Source: Macrostomum lignano (taxonomy: Eukaryota). Taken from it: a DNA stretch of 64,000 nt. Positions 24,263 through 41,500 of the stretch are shown piece by piece. The notes beneath the pieces are model-generated. The model saw only the letters and a program-made list of their open reading frames with translations, was not told where the DNA came from and did no database searches. Both the position numbers and the translations under genes were made by a program. The DNA lies in contig NIVC01001883.1 of NCBI GenBank assembly GCA_002269645.1, positions 1-64,000 of the forward strand, given 5' to 3'. The stretch's first letter is position 1; every line of letters begins with the position of its first letter.

Positions 24263-26444
24263 AGTGCAGCATTTTTACTTTGTTTTTTTTTTCTCTGCCA
24301 GTGAGCTTTGCACTCTATATGATATTGTTACAGTACCAGCAATTACACAATCAAAGCATATATAGCAGGGGCCAGGTAGACTGTACTTTTGTACCTTAGG
24401 GGCCAGATAGAGAACCTAGCGCATGACTGCAGGTCAGAGGGAAAGAGAGGAAGAGAAGAGAAATAGGAGAAAGGTGACATGAGGGAATAAAGAGAGGTGG
24501 GATGAACTCGAAGATAAGAGAAGAAGGGAGAGGAGAGGACAGGAGATAAGAGAGAGAAGAGAGGAGATAAGAAAGCAGGGAGCTAAGAAAAGACAATAAC
24601 CTTGAGCAGGCCAGATTGCTATTGTGAAGGACTTGTAGGCCAGATACAGAGAGGCTTCATGGGCTAAAGTTTGCCAACCCATGATATACACAGTCAAACT
24701 GCTATATATCTGCAACTTTCTTTTGGTTTTGAACTTTAGATAGATACTCTGTTGTATTCAAATTCTTTACTGGGGACTTGTTACTATGTGACACAATAGG
24801 AACACAATAGTATCAGACCTCACCTCCCAAGGGCACCTAACATAGATGGAGAATTAGTAGTTTGGGGTTGTATTGTAGTTGTGGTCTGATTCCAATAATA
24901 AGGTCCCACTGTTTTAATCCCAACTGTAGCCAAGGAATTTTGAAATTAAGGACTACTTAAAGTAGTTCTATTACCCCCACTATGATAGGCAACTAAAGGG
25001 TGCATTGACAGTGCTAACAATGAGGTTTTTTTGCATAAGGGGACTTTTGATCTGCACAAGGTTGAGACCTAATTTTAGCTGGGTTAGAGATAGAGAAAGT
25101 TTACATTTGAGCTTTGAATCAGCCTTTAACCTTAATGGTTAATTAAGAAATCTATTAGTGAGTTCTGAATAAATATTTTAAGAAGTGTTTTTCTATATTA
25201 ATTCATTTTCTAAGTGAAGTGAAGTAGTAATGAAGTGCTATGCATACAATATATACTATTGAAAAGCAGAACATTAGAAGGAGAAGAAATACAAAGTAGA
25301 TCTTGAAATATATAAGGGCTGTGACCTAATCCTAGTAATGCTCAGGACTGGAGAGAACATGCATGCAGTACATATACCAGTAGACCATATACTGCTCAGG
25401 CCAGGATAACAGAAGAATGCTACTATAATAACAGTAGAACACTACCAGAATAACAATAGAATGCTACCTGTAAGAGTTTAATTAATACTTAGATCAATAC
25501 TCAGAATAATTCTCAGACAAATACTCAGACCTATGCTTAGATAAATACTCAGACAAATATTCAGATATATATGCAGACTGATTCGAAGAAATTTTCTAAG
25601 ACTTATTCTAGGATAATAAATTTATAATAGAATAGTCTTGGTGGCAGCTACCAGCATTAGGAAATTAATAGAGAGAAATAAAGCCCTAGCACAACTTTGG
25701 TAGCATTTTGTGTGATTTAATTAAAGACAAAGGAAGACCCCTACACCAGTATATGTTTCAGAGATAAAATAGATCTATTATTTTATGAGTAGAAAAAATA
25801 TGCATAAAATAAAAAGTTGACAAATAATTCTAACCTTCTGTGAGCAAAACTCAGACATGGAAAAGTTGATAGAAAAAAATTAATGGAATACTTTATAGTT
25901 AATGTGATAGTTGACTAAATAGTTAATAGAAAATGATAAAAAGGTTGACAAAAAGTGTGAAAAATTAAATAAAAAAGTTAATGGCCAAAGTTATACTTAT
26001 AACTTTTAGACCACTGCTAAATCATACGCTAAACTTTTATAGACACTAAAGAGAAGTTTTATTTTTTAAATTTAGGTCTAGCAATTGCTTAGTGGATATA
26101 GTTTATTGAAGGCTATAAGTAAAATAAATAAACCCGACTAAACAAATCTAATATATTTAAAAAAATTTAACAAATGCAAGTCTAAAATTTTGATTGTTAC
26201 CCTTTTGACGATTGCCTTTATGACTGTTGCCCTTTTTATTAATACCCTATATTACATGATCTAAAATGTAGTGCTTGCCATACCTAATGCTATACACAAG
26301 TAAAAATTGAAAAAAGTTTAGCCTGCTAAAGTTGGCTTGTACTAAGAAAGTCAGGCTCTTACAAAAACTTATCAATACCCAAGATCTGCAATAGCAATTT
26401 TGCTATGATACATTAGATGATTTGCCAAAAACCTTTTGGCTAAA

Positions 26445-26734
26445 CATACATGCACAACAATCGGCCAAGTCAGCCAATCTGGCTGACCAATTTGGTGGCC
26501 AACCAAGGAAAGTTGCAAAAATGCCCACCTGAATAAATTAGTACTAAGTAGATGACAAGGCATTTTGCCTTAATAAGACAGTCATAATTACTCTTGCCAT
26601 TTACCCAAAGTTGCATTAATTTTACTTTAGGGTTTCTTTTACATGTAAGTTGCATTTGTGGCCCAAAACTATGTTGCATTTTTGTTAAAACTAAGTTGCA
26701 TGGCTGACTGAATTTTGGAGGTTGTGCATGTATG
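26445..26734 (-). mobile_element. hAT MITE carrying a 28S-rRNA-like core, copy 1 (most decayed)
   Basis: TIR CATACATGC(A)CAAC; perfect 8-bp TSD TGGCTAAA. Confidence 0.88.
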
Positions 26735-27044
26735 TGGCTAAAAGTCAATTCACCAAATGTCTTTTTGTCAAAAGTCAATTCACCAAATGCCTTTTTGTCA
26801 AAAGTCAATTTACCAAAAACCTGATTGGGAAACTGATATCTAATAATTCAAATTGCAATATTAGCATTTAGCAATACTGCTCATAAGTTTTTTTCTGGCA
26901 TCATAGGATGGTACCTATGGTCATTTGCAGGCGCATGACCAAGATGGCCATAGCTTTAAATGTCTAAATAGATAATAATAAGACTAGGTACATATATTTA
27001 ACTCCTTTCCTTTTTTAGCAATTAGGAAAATAGATGTTATAATA

Positions 27045-27342
27045 CATACATGCGCAACAGTTGGCTGAGTCGGCCGATCTAGCCGACCAATTTGGCAGCC
27101 AATCAAGGAAGTCGCAAAAATGCCCACCCAAAAAATACCAAAGTAGTAGTACTAAGTAGCTGATAAGACATTTTGACTTAATAAGACAGTCATAGTTACT
27201 CTTGCCATTTATCTAAAGTTGCGTTAATTTTGCTTTAGGGTTTTTTTTACATGTAAGGCACATTTTTGGCCAAAAACTACGTTGCATTTTTGTTAAAACT
27301 AAGTTGCATGGCCAACCGAATTTTGGAGTTTGCGCATGTATA
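27045..27342 (-). mobile_element. hAT MITE carrying a 28S-rRNA-like core, copy 2
   Basis: TIR CATACATGCGCAAC; perfect 8-bp TSD TTATAATA. Confidence 0.9.
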
Positions 27343-28229
27343 TTATAATAGAATTGTATTATAATCATTCCCTTTGGACTTAGGCCTAGCTTTTATTGTA
27401 GCCTGACCTGTAGGAGCTTACTTATTTATCTACTATGTGAAGCAAGTAACCTAGCACAAAATAAATACCCTATGACATTCATATATTTATCCTAATTATT
27501 TGCATAGCTAGCATTACCATTAGCAATAGTTCTTAATAAACAGATTGTGATAGATTTGATAGATGTGATGATAGAGAATAAATTGGCACAAACACTAAAA
27601 AGATTAAATGTTTTATATTATAAGTAGGCCTAATTAGTTTCAAATCTATTTTTGTATTAGTATTTATGAATATAATTGATTAAACAAAAATAATTTAATA
27701 TATTATACAAGCTGTTGAAACCCGCGGATTTTGAACCCGGGGAATTCCAATACCCGGAACTACTTTTGCATGCATTCTGAAATCTAAGGCCATACACAAA
27801 CAAAAACTTGTTAATAGTTAGTAGGATAGAGGCAGACATAAAATGGAGCACATTCATGTAAAATTAGGGTTTGAGACATTGTTGGCTGGGGTACTGCGCA
27901 GAATGTCAGGCAATGTCTGTCTGACTCTAAAACATATATAGCTAAACTCTGGTCTCTCCCTGACTCTCCCTACGTCCCTTGGATCCTTTAAAATTTCTAT
28001 CGTCTCTCTGTTTCCTTTCTTCTTTCATCCCTCGTCTCTCGTCTCTCCTCTCTCTTCTCTCCTCTCTTCTTTCGTATCTTCCCTCATCTCTCTTCTCTTT
28101 CATACATGCGCAACTTCCAAAATTCGGTCAGCCGTGCGACCCAGTTCCAACAAAAATGCGACGTAGTTTTTGGCCAAAAATGCGACTTCCATGTAAAAAA
28201 ACCTTAAAATTAAAAATTAACGCAACTTT

Positions 28230-28293
28230 GGGTAAACGGCAGGAGTAACTATGACTGTCTTATTAACCAAAAATGCCTCGTCAGCTACTTAGT
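28230..28293 (+). other. 28S rRNA-derived segment (helix 69-71 region) embedded in a MITE; not a functional rRNA gene
   Basis: GGGTAAACGGCAGGAGTAACTATGACTGTCTTA-TTAACCAA-AAATGCCTCGTCAGCTACTTAGT versus the recalled eukaryotic consensus GGGTAAACGGCGGGAGTAACTATGACTCTCTTA-AGGTAGCC-AAATGCCTCGTCATCTAATTAGT: 52/64 identical, ungapped. Confidence 0.8.
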
Positions 28294-28478
28294 ACTACTA
28301 CTTGGTGTTTTTCTTGGGTGGCATTTTTGCGACTTCCTTGGTTGGCTGCCAAATTGGTCGGCCGGATCGGCCGACTCGGCCGACTGTTACTTACTTACTT
28401 ACTACTGACGGGGGGCGCAGGCGCCGCGAATAGGCCGCGAGGCCCCTATCGCAACCCCAAGGTAAAAGAGCACAAGGA

Positions 28479-33562
<5,084 letters not shown>

Positions 33563-33790
33563 TTAGCCAGCAGCCAACTACTTAGCAGCCACCTGCCCCG
33601 CAAAAAAGCAGCAGGGGGGATCCGTCCCCCACCAGCAGACCAAGACGAGGAAGCTAGCCGCTTCCACGCCAGGCCAGAACGAAAAGGAGGGGGAAGAGCC
33701 TCCTCGAAAAACGAAAAGCTGGCGGATGTCACAGAGTCCCTCGGTTTAAGTTGCCGTTTGCCCCCCTCGGCCGACTGTTGCGCATGTATG

Positions 33791-34780
33791 TTCTCTTTCA
33801 TCTCTTGTCTCTTCTTTTCTCTCTCCTCTCTCTCCTCTCCTCTCTCCTCACTCCCTCTCCTCTCTCCTCTCACCCCCTCTTCTTTCTTATCTTCCTTCTC
33901 CTTTCTATTCTTTTCTCTCTTCTCTTAACTCTCTCCTCTAGTCTCTCATCTCTCCCCTCTTCTCTCGTCTCTTCCCTCACCTCTTTTCTCTCTCGTCTTT
34001 GCTCTCTCATCTTTCCTTTCTCTTCTTTTATCTTTTCTCTCTTATTTCTTCTCATTTCTCTCTGCTCCTCTCTCTCTCTCTCTCTCTCTTATCTCTCCTC
34101 CTCTCTCTACTCTCTCCCCTCTCCATTCTCCTATTTCCTCTCCTCTCTCCTCACTCACTTCTCTACTTTTGTCTCTTCTCTCTCCTCTGTTCTCTCTACT
34201 CTCCCATCTTTTATCTGTTCACTCTCGTCTCTGCTCTCTCATCCCCCTCTTTAATCTGGCATCTGTCTTATGTTCTCTCACCTCTCTCCTCTGTACTCTT
34301 TTCTTTCCCCTCTTTTGACTCCTCACTTTCCTTTCTCCTTTCTTCTTTTCTCTTCTCTTCCCTTTTCTATACTCTGTCTCCCTCTCTTCTCTCACTCCAC
34401 TCTCTTCTATCCGTTATCTCTCATCTCTCATCTCTCCTTCCACCTCTCATCTCTACAACCTTAGAGATGTAGAGATGTATCTTTATCTCTTCTCTCTTCC
34501 CTGTACTCTCTCATCTCTTCTTTCACCTGTTTCCTCTTTGCTCTCCTCTCTGCTGTCTCCTCTCTCCTCTCATCTGCAGCTCTCTGCTCTCTCATCTCTA
34601 CTCTCTACTCTCGCTTTTCCTCTCTCCCCTCTTCTCTCCCTCTCTCTCATCGTCATCACCCCCTCATCTCTCCTATTATCTTTTATCTTTTCTTTTATCC
34701 CCTCTTTCGCTTCTCTTCTCTTCGAATCGTCTATTCCTTCTTCTTTCCACTCTCATCTGCCCCTCAGCCATGAGCTGGAT
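33791..34780. repeat. CT-rich low-complexity tract (continues to the left of the MITE at ~27950-28100)
   Basis: Direct inspection. Confidence 0.85.
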
Positions 34781-35239
34781 TCTTTATCTGGCCTTTGAGG
34801 TAAAAGTCTGCCCATCCCTGCTTGGAAAGCCAGTTTGTGAGACGTAGTACTCTCATGGTTGTTATCATGCTTTGATCATGTCATTTTTCTTGCAAATTTG
34901 CAGCCCTGAAAGGAATTTGGGTATCTTCAGCTCCACTGCAGTCTGCATCAGTCTAACAACCAAGGAAATACGCATTTCTTAGAAGGCCATTTAAAATTTA
35001 CACGGTACCTTTAAACAAAACCTAAAATTTCCATGGTGTGCCTAATTTAGTAGGGTTGTATGTATTTCATTGCATCGCATCGCCTTTTCATAAATCTTTC
35101 GCTTTTACAAACCATGCTGGTTAGTGGATTCCCTCGATTTGCCAATTGCCAATTGCCATCCACTGTTAAACTGCTGCAGAGTTTGCCAATACAGAGGGAA
35201 GGGCAGTGGTTAGAATTTCTCACTAAACTGTCATGGCTA

Positions 35240-36006
35240 AACGTAGCCTCTCCACTCTGGGGGTGCAAAGAAGGCTATTAAAAAGTTATTCCAAAACACT
35301 GTACATTCGCTATGTACATTCAGTCCTATTGCCTGACCCTTCGTCTGGCTCTGGGGGAATGAGTGAGTGAGTGGCACAAACAACAGAAAAAGCAGACAAA
35401 CTTCACATGCTTACAGTTTCTTTTTCTGTTGAGTTACAGAGTTGAAACTTTACATTTAGATAGAGAATGAGTCAATGAAGAATTGTGTCAAGTTTGAAGT
35501 CAATCGCTTTACGTGGAGCAAACTTATGGCAGCTGAAAGTTAGTCAATTTTGAAACCCTTTTACACATCTGGGCCCAGATCGGGAAAGAGAGGCAGGCGG
35601 GCGGAGGTTGGGGTGGTTGCTACGCTGAAAAAAGCAGCCTAACTTTAAAAGTGCACAGCGCCGTTCAGGATTACCTTTGAAACTCGAAAATTTACATGAT
35701 TGTTCCAAAATAGTTGAAGATTATCTGTGTCAAATTTGAAGATAATCGGTAAAAGTGGAGCGGCGCTATGGAGGATTTAGTGAAAAAATCGCGCATTTTG
35801 AGCAGTTTTTTGTACTTTTAGGTAGGAAGACTTGAGTCTAGGAAATTAAAAGGTAGCCTAAGACATTCTCCGTAGTGAGTTTAGGGTGGGTGTAAAGTTT
35901 GGTGTAATTTGGTTGAGTGGTTTGGGAGTCCATAGCGATCAAAATTGTCCACACACAGACACACACACACACAGACACACAGAGTTTTGATTTTTATAGT
36001 TAGAGA
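35240..36006 (-). mobile_element. Non-autonomous Helitron-like element; 3' boundary approximate
   Basis: 5' end A|TCTCTAACTATAAAAATC followed by (TG/TGTC)n, same architecture as the array units. Possible terminal hairpin TAGCCT..AGGCTA near 35245-35278. Confidence 0.5.
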
Positions 36007-38347
36007 TTGCTAATTAATGATAGATAGAAAGAGAATAGATATAATAAATATTCAATATTGTAGCCATCTTGGTATATGGTCATCTTGGTCTTATACCCTT
36101 TTGCATAAGGTTATAAATTTGATTTTTTATTAATTGTCATTGCCAAGAATTTTTTATTGATTATCAATTATAAAACACTTGTTCCTATTGGTGAAATTCT
36201 TTTAATTTTATAAAAAAATATTTGGAAAATAATTTTTGTGTAACAACTACCACATGCTGTATTGTAGTTAAGCTGATATATATTGAAAGATATTTTTCCT
36301 TCCTAAAAAGACATTTTTCATATTAATAAGCAATATACTAATAGTAATACAAAATATTATTATTTTCTCCTTTACTCAACAAATCAATAATGAATTAAGA
36401 GTAGCTTACAATGCAATAAAATGAGTAAACTCCTTGTAATTTGTAGGCCTAGGCTATTGTTCTATAAGCCACAATGTGCATGTATTTTATATTGTGTTAC
36501 TATGTTACTATTATGTAATAAGTTTTCAATATCTTACTTTTGAAAAATGGTATCCAGAAAGTAGATAACTAATATAACTTAGTTCAAAAACCTTAGTAGT
36601 AGTCTCAAAGGAATACAATCCACTTCAGTACTCAGCCATTTTGGTCACAGCCACTTTGGTAACAAAGCAGAGCAACACTTTATTTTTATGATATTTAGGT
36701 TTAGGCTTTAGCAATAATTAGTTTAATAATTTTCATCTCAAATATCTTATTGCCACATATGGCTAAACTTTCTAGTTGAACTGCATTATAATTCGTTTAA
36801 ACTTGCGCATTAACTTTGTGAAAAAAAATTGAAGGCAAAGAAAATTAAGCAACCAGTGAGCTCAAGCATACATAGTCATAGAAATTGAAAAATTAAATAA
36901 TGAATGAAAAAGAAAGTAGATTCTATAATTTTAAGTCAGAGATTCTAATGTAAATGATAGGCCTACACAATATTTGGTCAACTACAGGATGTCTCGGGTG
37001 CATGTATCTGACTCATCTGAAAATTAAAATAGATCGGCTAAAAATGGTTCACTTTTAAACAAGTTAAACAGATGCAGGTACGCATGTGTTTTGTCGTTCT
37101 TTTTTTCAAGTTTGTTCGCACATTCTTTCAGAGCATATCAATTAATACATCTTTGTATTAACTCAGATCTATATTATATTATTCTAACTTGCTGTTGTTA
37201 CCGAAGTGGACTGTTACCAATAATACAATAATACATCTAGAGGTAGTAGAGGGTTCTAGGCGCCTATAACAAATAATAAATAATAAAACTTTAATAAGTT
37301 AGGCCTAGTATTCTACTATATCAAGTTATTTGTGAAATCTAACGGGCACCCATACCCAAATCTTCGAAGTCAACTTTGAACACAAAACGTAAAACCGACC
37401 GACCGAACGTACGTCCCGTGAAGTGCAAGCCGGGCCAGATTTTGTATAAAAAACAAAAGTATAACAATTTTTTTACTTTATTTTGTCTACCAAGTTATTG
37501 ACACAAAACACTAAATTTTCATAAACTATAATTCTTTAGTGCGCATATTTTTCAACACGATTTGTTTAGTCGCCATGCTTTTCGTCGTCTTAGTATCAAG
37601 GAGGACTTAAGTGCAAGGACTACTTGAGTGGTCATTTTTGCCTAGTATATGATTTTCGACTTTGGTTTCGACTTAAGATCTATACTGATTGAGCGACTAA
37701 GTGAGGTGAGGTCGTCCCAGATCTCGATGGAAGTAATGGGAATGCTTGTTAAAAATGATGGAAAAGAATTCCTCAACTTTTTTAAGACGACAATAGAACA
37801 AACAGCCAATGCTGACAGTTTGCGAACAAAATTTAAAAAATATATATTTCTCCACAGGAATTAATAATGATTGTACCACAGGTGATGCCTGTTTAAACTT
37901 TAGTAAAAAATAACGCTAAGCAACAGAGCCAGTGCATGGGAATTATAACCTTATTTAGTAATGTATATTAGGAGTATTTTAAGACTTAAGAGACAGCATG
38001 TCCTACTTGAACTTAAATAATGACTATGATTTTTGTTTAAAAGAGCAATAATATGAAGCACTTATAAAGTAAAATCAGTTAAAAACTTACCTAAAAACAC
38101 TAGACAGACCAGCATTACTTGATAGACGTACAGCTCCGCAAAGATGCGCACAATAACCGATATTCGGGCGCATAAAACTTGATTTATCTAAATCTACGTA
38201 TATCTTCAACCTGCTAGGATGAGAGCAGACAGAGAGCGCGGTAGGGTATAGGGATGGGCAAGAGTATTGAGATTAAAACTTTATAATAGTTCGTAAAAAT
38301 TAGAAAAATCGATAAACATAATCGACCGATATTAAAACCAGCAGTTA

Positions 38348-38353
38348 TTTATT
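38348..38353 (-). terminator. Probable poly(A) signal of the decarboxylase gene
   Basis: AATAAA about 160 nt downstream of the stop at 38510. Confidence 0.5.
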
Positions 38354-38509
38354 TTTAATTATACTAAATCCTAGATCCTGAAGAGCATAAAAAGGGCAAA
38401 ATGAGCTAAGTTGATCATCCATGCAGCAGAGAAAGCGTGATATTGAATACGTAACTTAAATGTATATAAATAAATATTATTCAGCCTGGGCCCTGGCTGG
38501 GTTGGCTGC

Positions 38510-41500
38510 TCAGTCGTGCACCTCCTCGGTTACTGAATCAGCAGATGGCACAGGTAGCTGCTCCAGCTGCTGCACCTTCTGCTGCTGCTGACGGTCACCG
38601 TCACCCGCTTTCTCATCGTCCTGCAGAAAAAGCGAGCGGGAGGGCGCGGCCTCGAGCTCCTCCTGAGTGAGCACCCGCACCGCATACTCCCCATCAATAT
38701 CGGCCAGTCCGTGCACCTCCACCGGCTTGTTGCCCTTCAGCAGCTTGGCCAGGTAGGACGTGATGGGTGGGGTGATCACCTGGCCTGGCACTAGCACCGG
38801 GATGCCGGGTGGGTAGGCCAGCACCTGGTCGCAGCAGACGCGGCCGGTAAGAGCCTCGTTCGGCCTGCGGATAGATAGCGGATGGGCGGGGTAGATAGCG
38901 GATGGTGGGGTAGATAGTGGATAGGCGGGGTAGATAGCGGATGGGCGGGGTAGATAGCGGATGGTGGGGTAGATAGTGGATGGGCGGGGTAGATAGCGGA
39001 TGGGCGGGGTAGATAGCGGATGGTGGGGTAGATAGTGGATGGGCGGGGTAGATAGCGGATAGGCGGGGTAGATAGCGGATAGGCAGGGTAGATAGCGGAT
39101 GGGCGGGGTAGATAGCGGATGGTGGGGTAGATAGTGGATAGGCGGGGTAGATAGCGGATGGGCGGGGTAGATAGTGGATAGGCGGGGTAGATAGTGGATA
39201 GGCGGGGTAGATAGCGGATGGGCGGGGTAGATAGCGGATGGGCGGGGTAGATAGCGGATGGGCGGGGTAGATAGCGGATGGTGGGGTAGATAGTGGATGG
39301 GCGGGGTAGATAGTGGATGGCGAGGTAGATAGTGGATAGGCGGGGTAGATAGTGGATAGGCGGGGTAGATAGTGGATAGGCGGGGTAGATAGTGGATAGG
39401 CGGGGTAGATAGCGGATGGCGGGGTAGATAGTGGATAGGCGGGGTTGGAGAGCGGGCGTGTCACTCACCGGCCATCATCGTCCAGCAGGTAGAGACACTC
39501 GCCCGACTCGTAGAAAGCGCTGCGCGGCAGGCAGGCCAGCCGGCTGAAGTGCGGCACCTCCGCCATGCGGTAGGACTGCTTCGGCACCCGGCGCCGGTCC
39601 TTGGCCAGGCGGAACATGGCGTCGCACAGGCGGGACACCTTGCTGCGGGTGGTGCCCACGCCCAGCAGCAGCGTCAGCGTGCTGAATGTCGACTTCTCGC
39701 CCTGGATGTTGTACTTGTCGAACAGCACCTGGCATTGATGGTCGGGAAGGTTTTACAATTCTGTATAGTCAGTGCATTCGACTTTTCTACTTTGATTCCT
39801 TAGGCGCGACACAAAGTTCTTTTTTTAATTTTACAGTGAGAATCCTTTCAAATCCAACAATGGAAACTCATATTCACTGACATCCCAAAGTGAGGACAAA
39901 AACTCGCTCAAATCCCACAAACCTGTTCCATCTCGTCGGCGCTGTAGCCGGACTTGGAGATGTCCACAGTCAGCTTGGTGGGGTCCAGCCGAACCCCGTC
40001 ATTGCGCACCTCATCGGGCAGGAGGTCGCCGATGTCCAGTACGCGGAAGACGCCGGTGGAGTTGATTTTCTGGCGAAGTTCAGCGCCCAGTTTGAGGATC
40101 CGGTCCAGCAGCTTGTAGCCCTCCATCATTGCCTGCTTCCGGCCAACGTCCAGGCTGGCGATGAGAGCATACTGTGGGCTCGTGGAGGCGTACATGTTGA
40201 AGTTCTCACGGAACAGGTGCTCGTCGAACTCCGGGTCGTTGACGTGGACCATGCTGGCCTGCGAGAAGGAGGTCAACGTCTTGTGGATGCTCTGCGTTAC
40301 GTAGTCGGCGCCGCACTCCAGCGCGGTGGGCCGGAAGGCCGGATGGAAGCGGGCGAAGGCGTACCAGGCCTCGTCAATGATCACCTGCGGGATTTGGTGG
40401 CGTTGGGAGCGCGGGTTCCGAAATTGCAAAGTGGCATCCCGGTTATGAAAGGTTCATGAGATGCTTTGAAACACATTGACTATAACAACGGCACCAAGCC
40501 GATTCAAGCGTTTAAAGGCAGCACTAAAGTACTCAGGCGGCATCCGTATAAACAAACCTTGATGCCGGCCTTGTGCGCAGCCTCAACAATGGGCTTCAGG
40601 TCGTACAGCATACCATCGTAGGTGCAGCAGGTGAGAATGAGCGCCTTGGCGTCCGGATTCTCCTTGATAGCCCGGTAGATGGTGGCCTTCGGCACAGGGC
40701 CGAAGATGCCGAACTCCCTGCACACGGAGGAGTCCAAGTAGACGGGCCGAGCGTCCGACAGGATCACGCCGTGGTGGACGGACTTGTGGCAGTTGCGGTC
40801 CAGCAGGAGCTTGTCGCCCGGGGCCAGCAGAGTCTGGAAGATGATCTTATTGGTGGTGGAGGTGCCGTTGGTGGCCAGATAGGTCTTGCGGGCGCCGAAG
40901 GCCGTGGCGGCCAGGTTCTGGGCGGTGGCGATGACCCCAGTGGGGTGCAGCAGCGAGTCCAGCATGGGCACGGAGACCGACAGGTCGGCCCTGAGCAGAT
41001 TCTCCCCCACGAACTCGTAAAAATCGCTGACCCAGGGCGAGTTCTTGAGCGAGTCGCCGCCAGAGTGACCGGGCGAGTGCCAGGAATCCTTGGCCATCTT
41101 CACATAGGCCTGCAGCGCATCGTAGAACGGCGTGGCGGACTTCTCGGCCAGCTCGGCGGACAGGATGCGGAACCAGCCGTGGTAGTCGGGCTCGTCCCGG
41201 TCGAAGTAGCCGTCCACGGCGTGGCTGACCAGCTCCTCCACCATGGCGCGCTCGTCATCGCTGAGCACAACATAGAGGGACAGCTCCGGCCGCCAGGAGT
41301 TGATGCGGTTGGCCAGGTCCAAGGCCGCCTGGCCGGGGCCGAGGCCGGCCAGCGACTTGTCAATCACCACCAGCTGCAGGTCGCCGTCCGCCTTCACCGT
41401 CTGCATGGCGTGGTCTCCGGTGCGCGCGGACACGAATGCGATGCCGAACGGGTTGTCAAGGCGAGCGCTGGCCGAGGCCAGGCCGCTCAGAGCCGGCTCC

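Noticed and set aside
28230-28293. Functional rRNA gene or rDNA unit
   Set aside because: Only 64 bp of similarity, inside a TIR/TSD-bounded MITE.
28230-28388. Site-specific R1/R2-type insertion of the LINE into rDNA
   Set aside because: The LINE sits ~110 bp from the scrambled R2 site, in non-rRNA MITE sequence and antisense to the 28S fragment; R1 and R2 insert in sense orientation at defined 28S sites.
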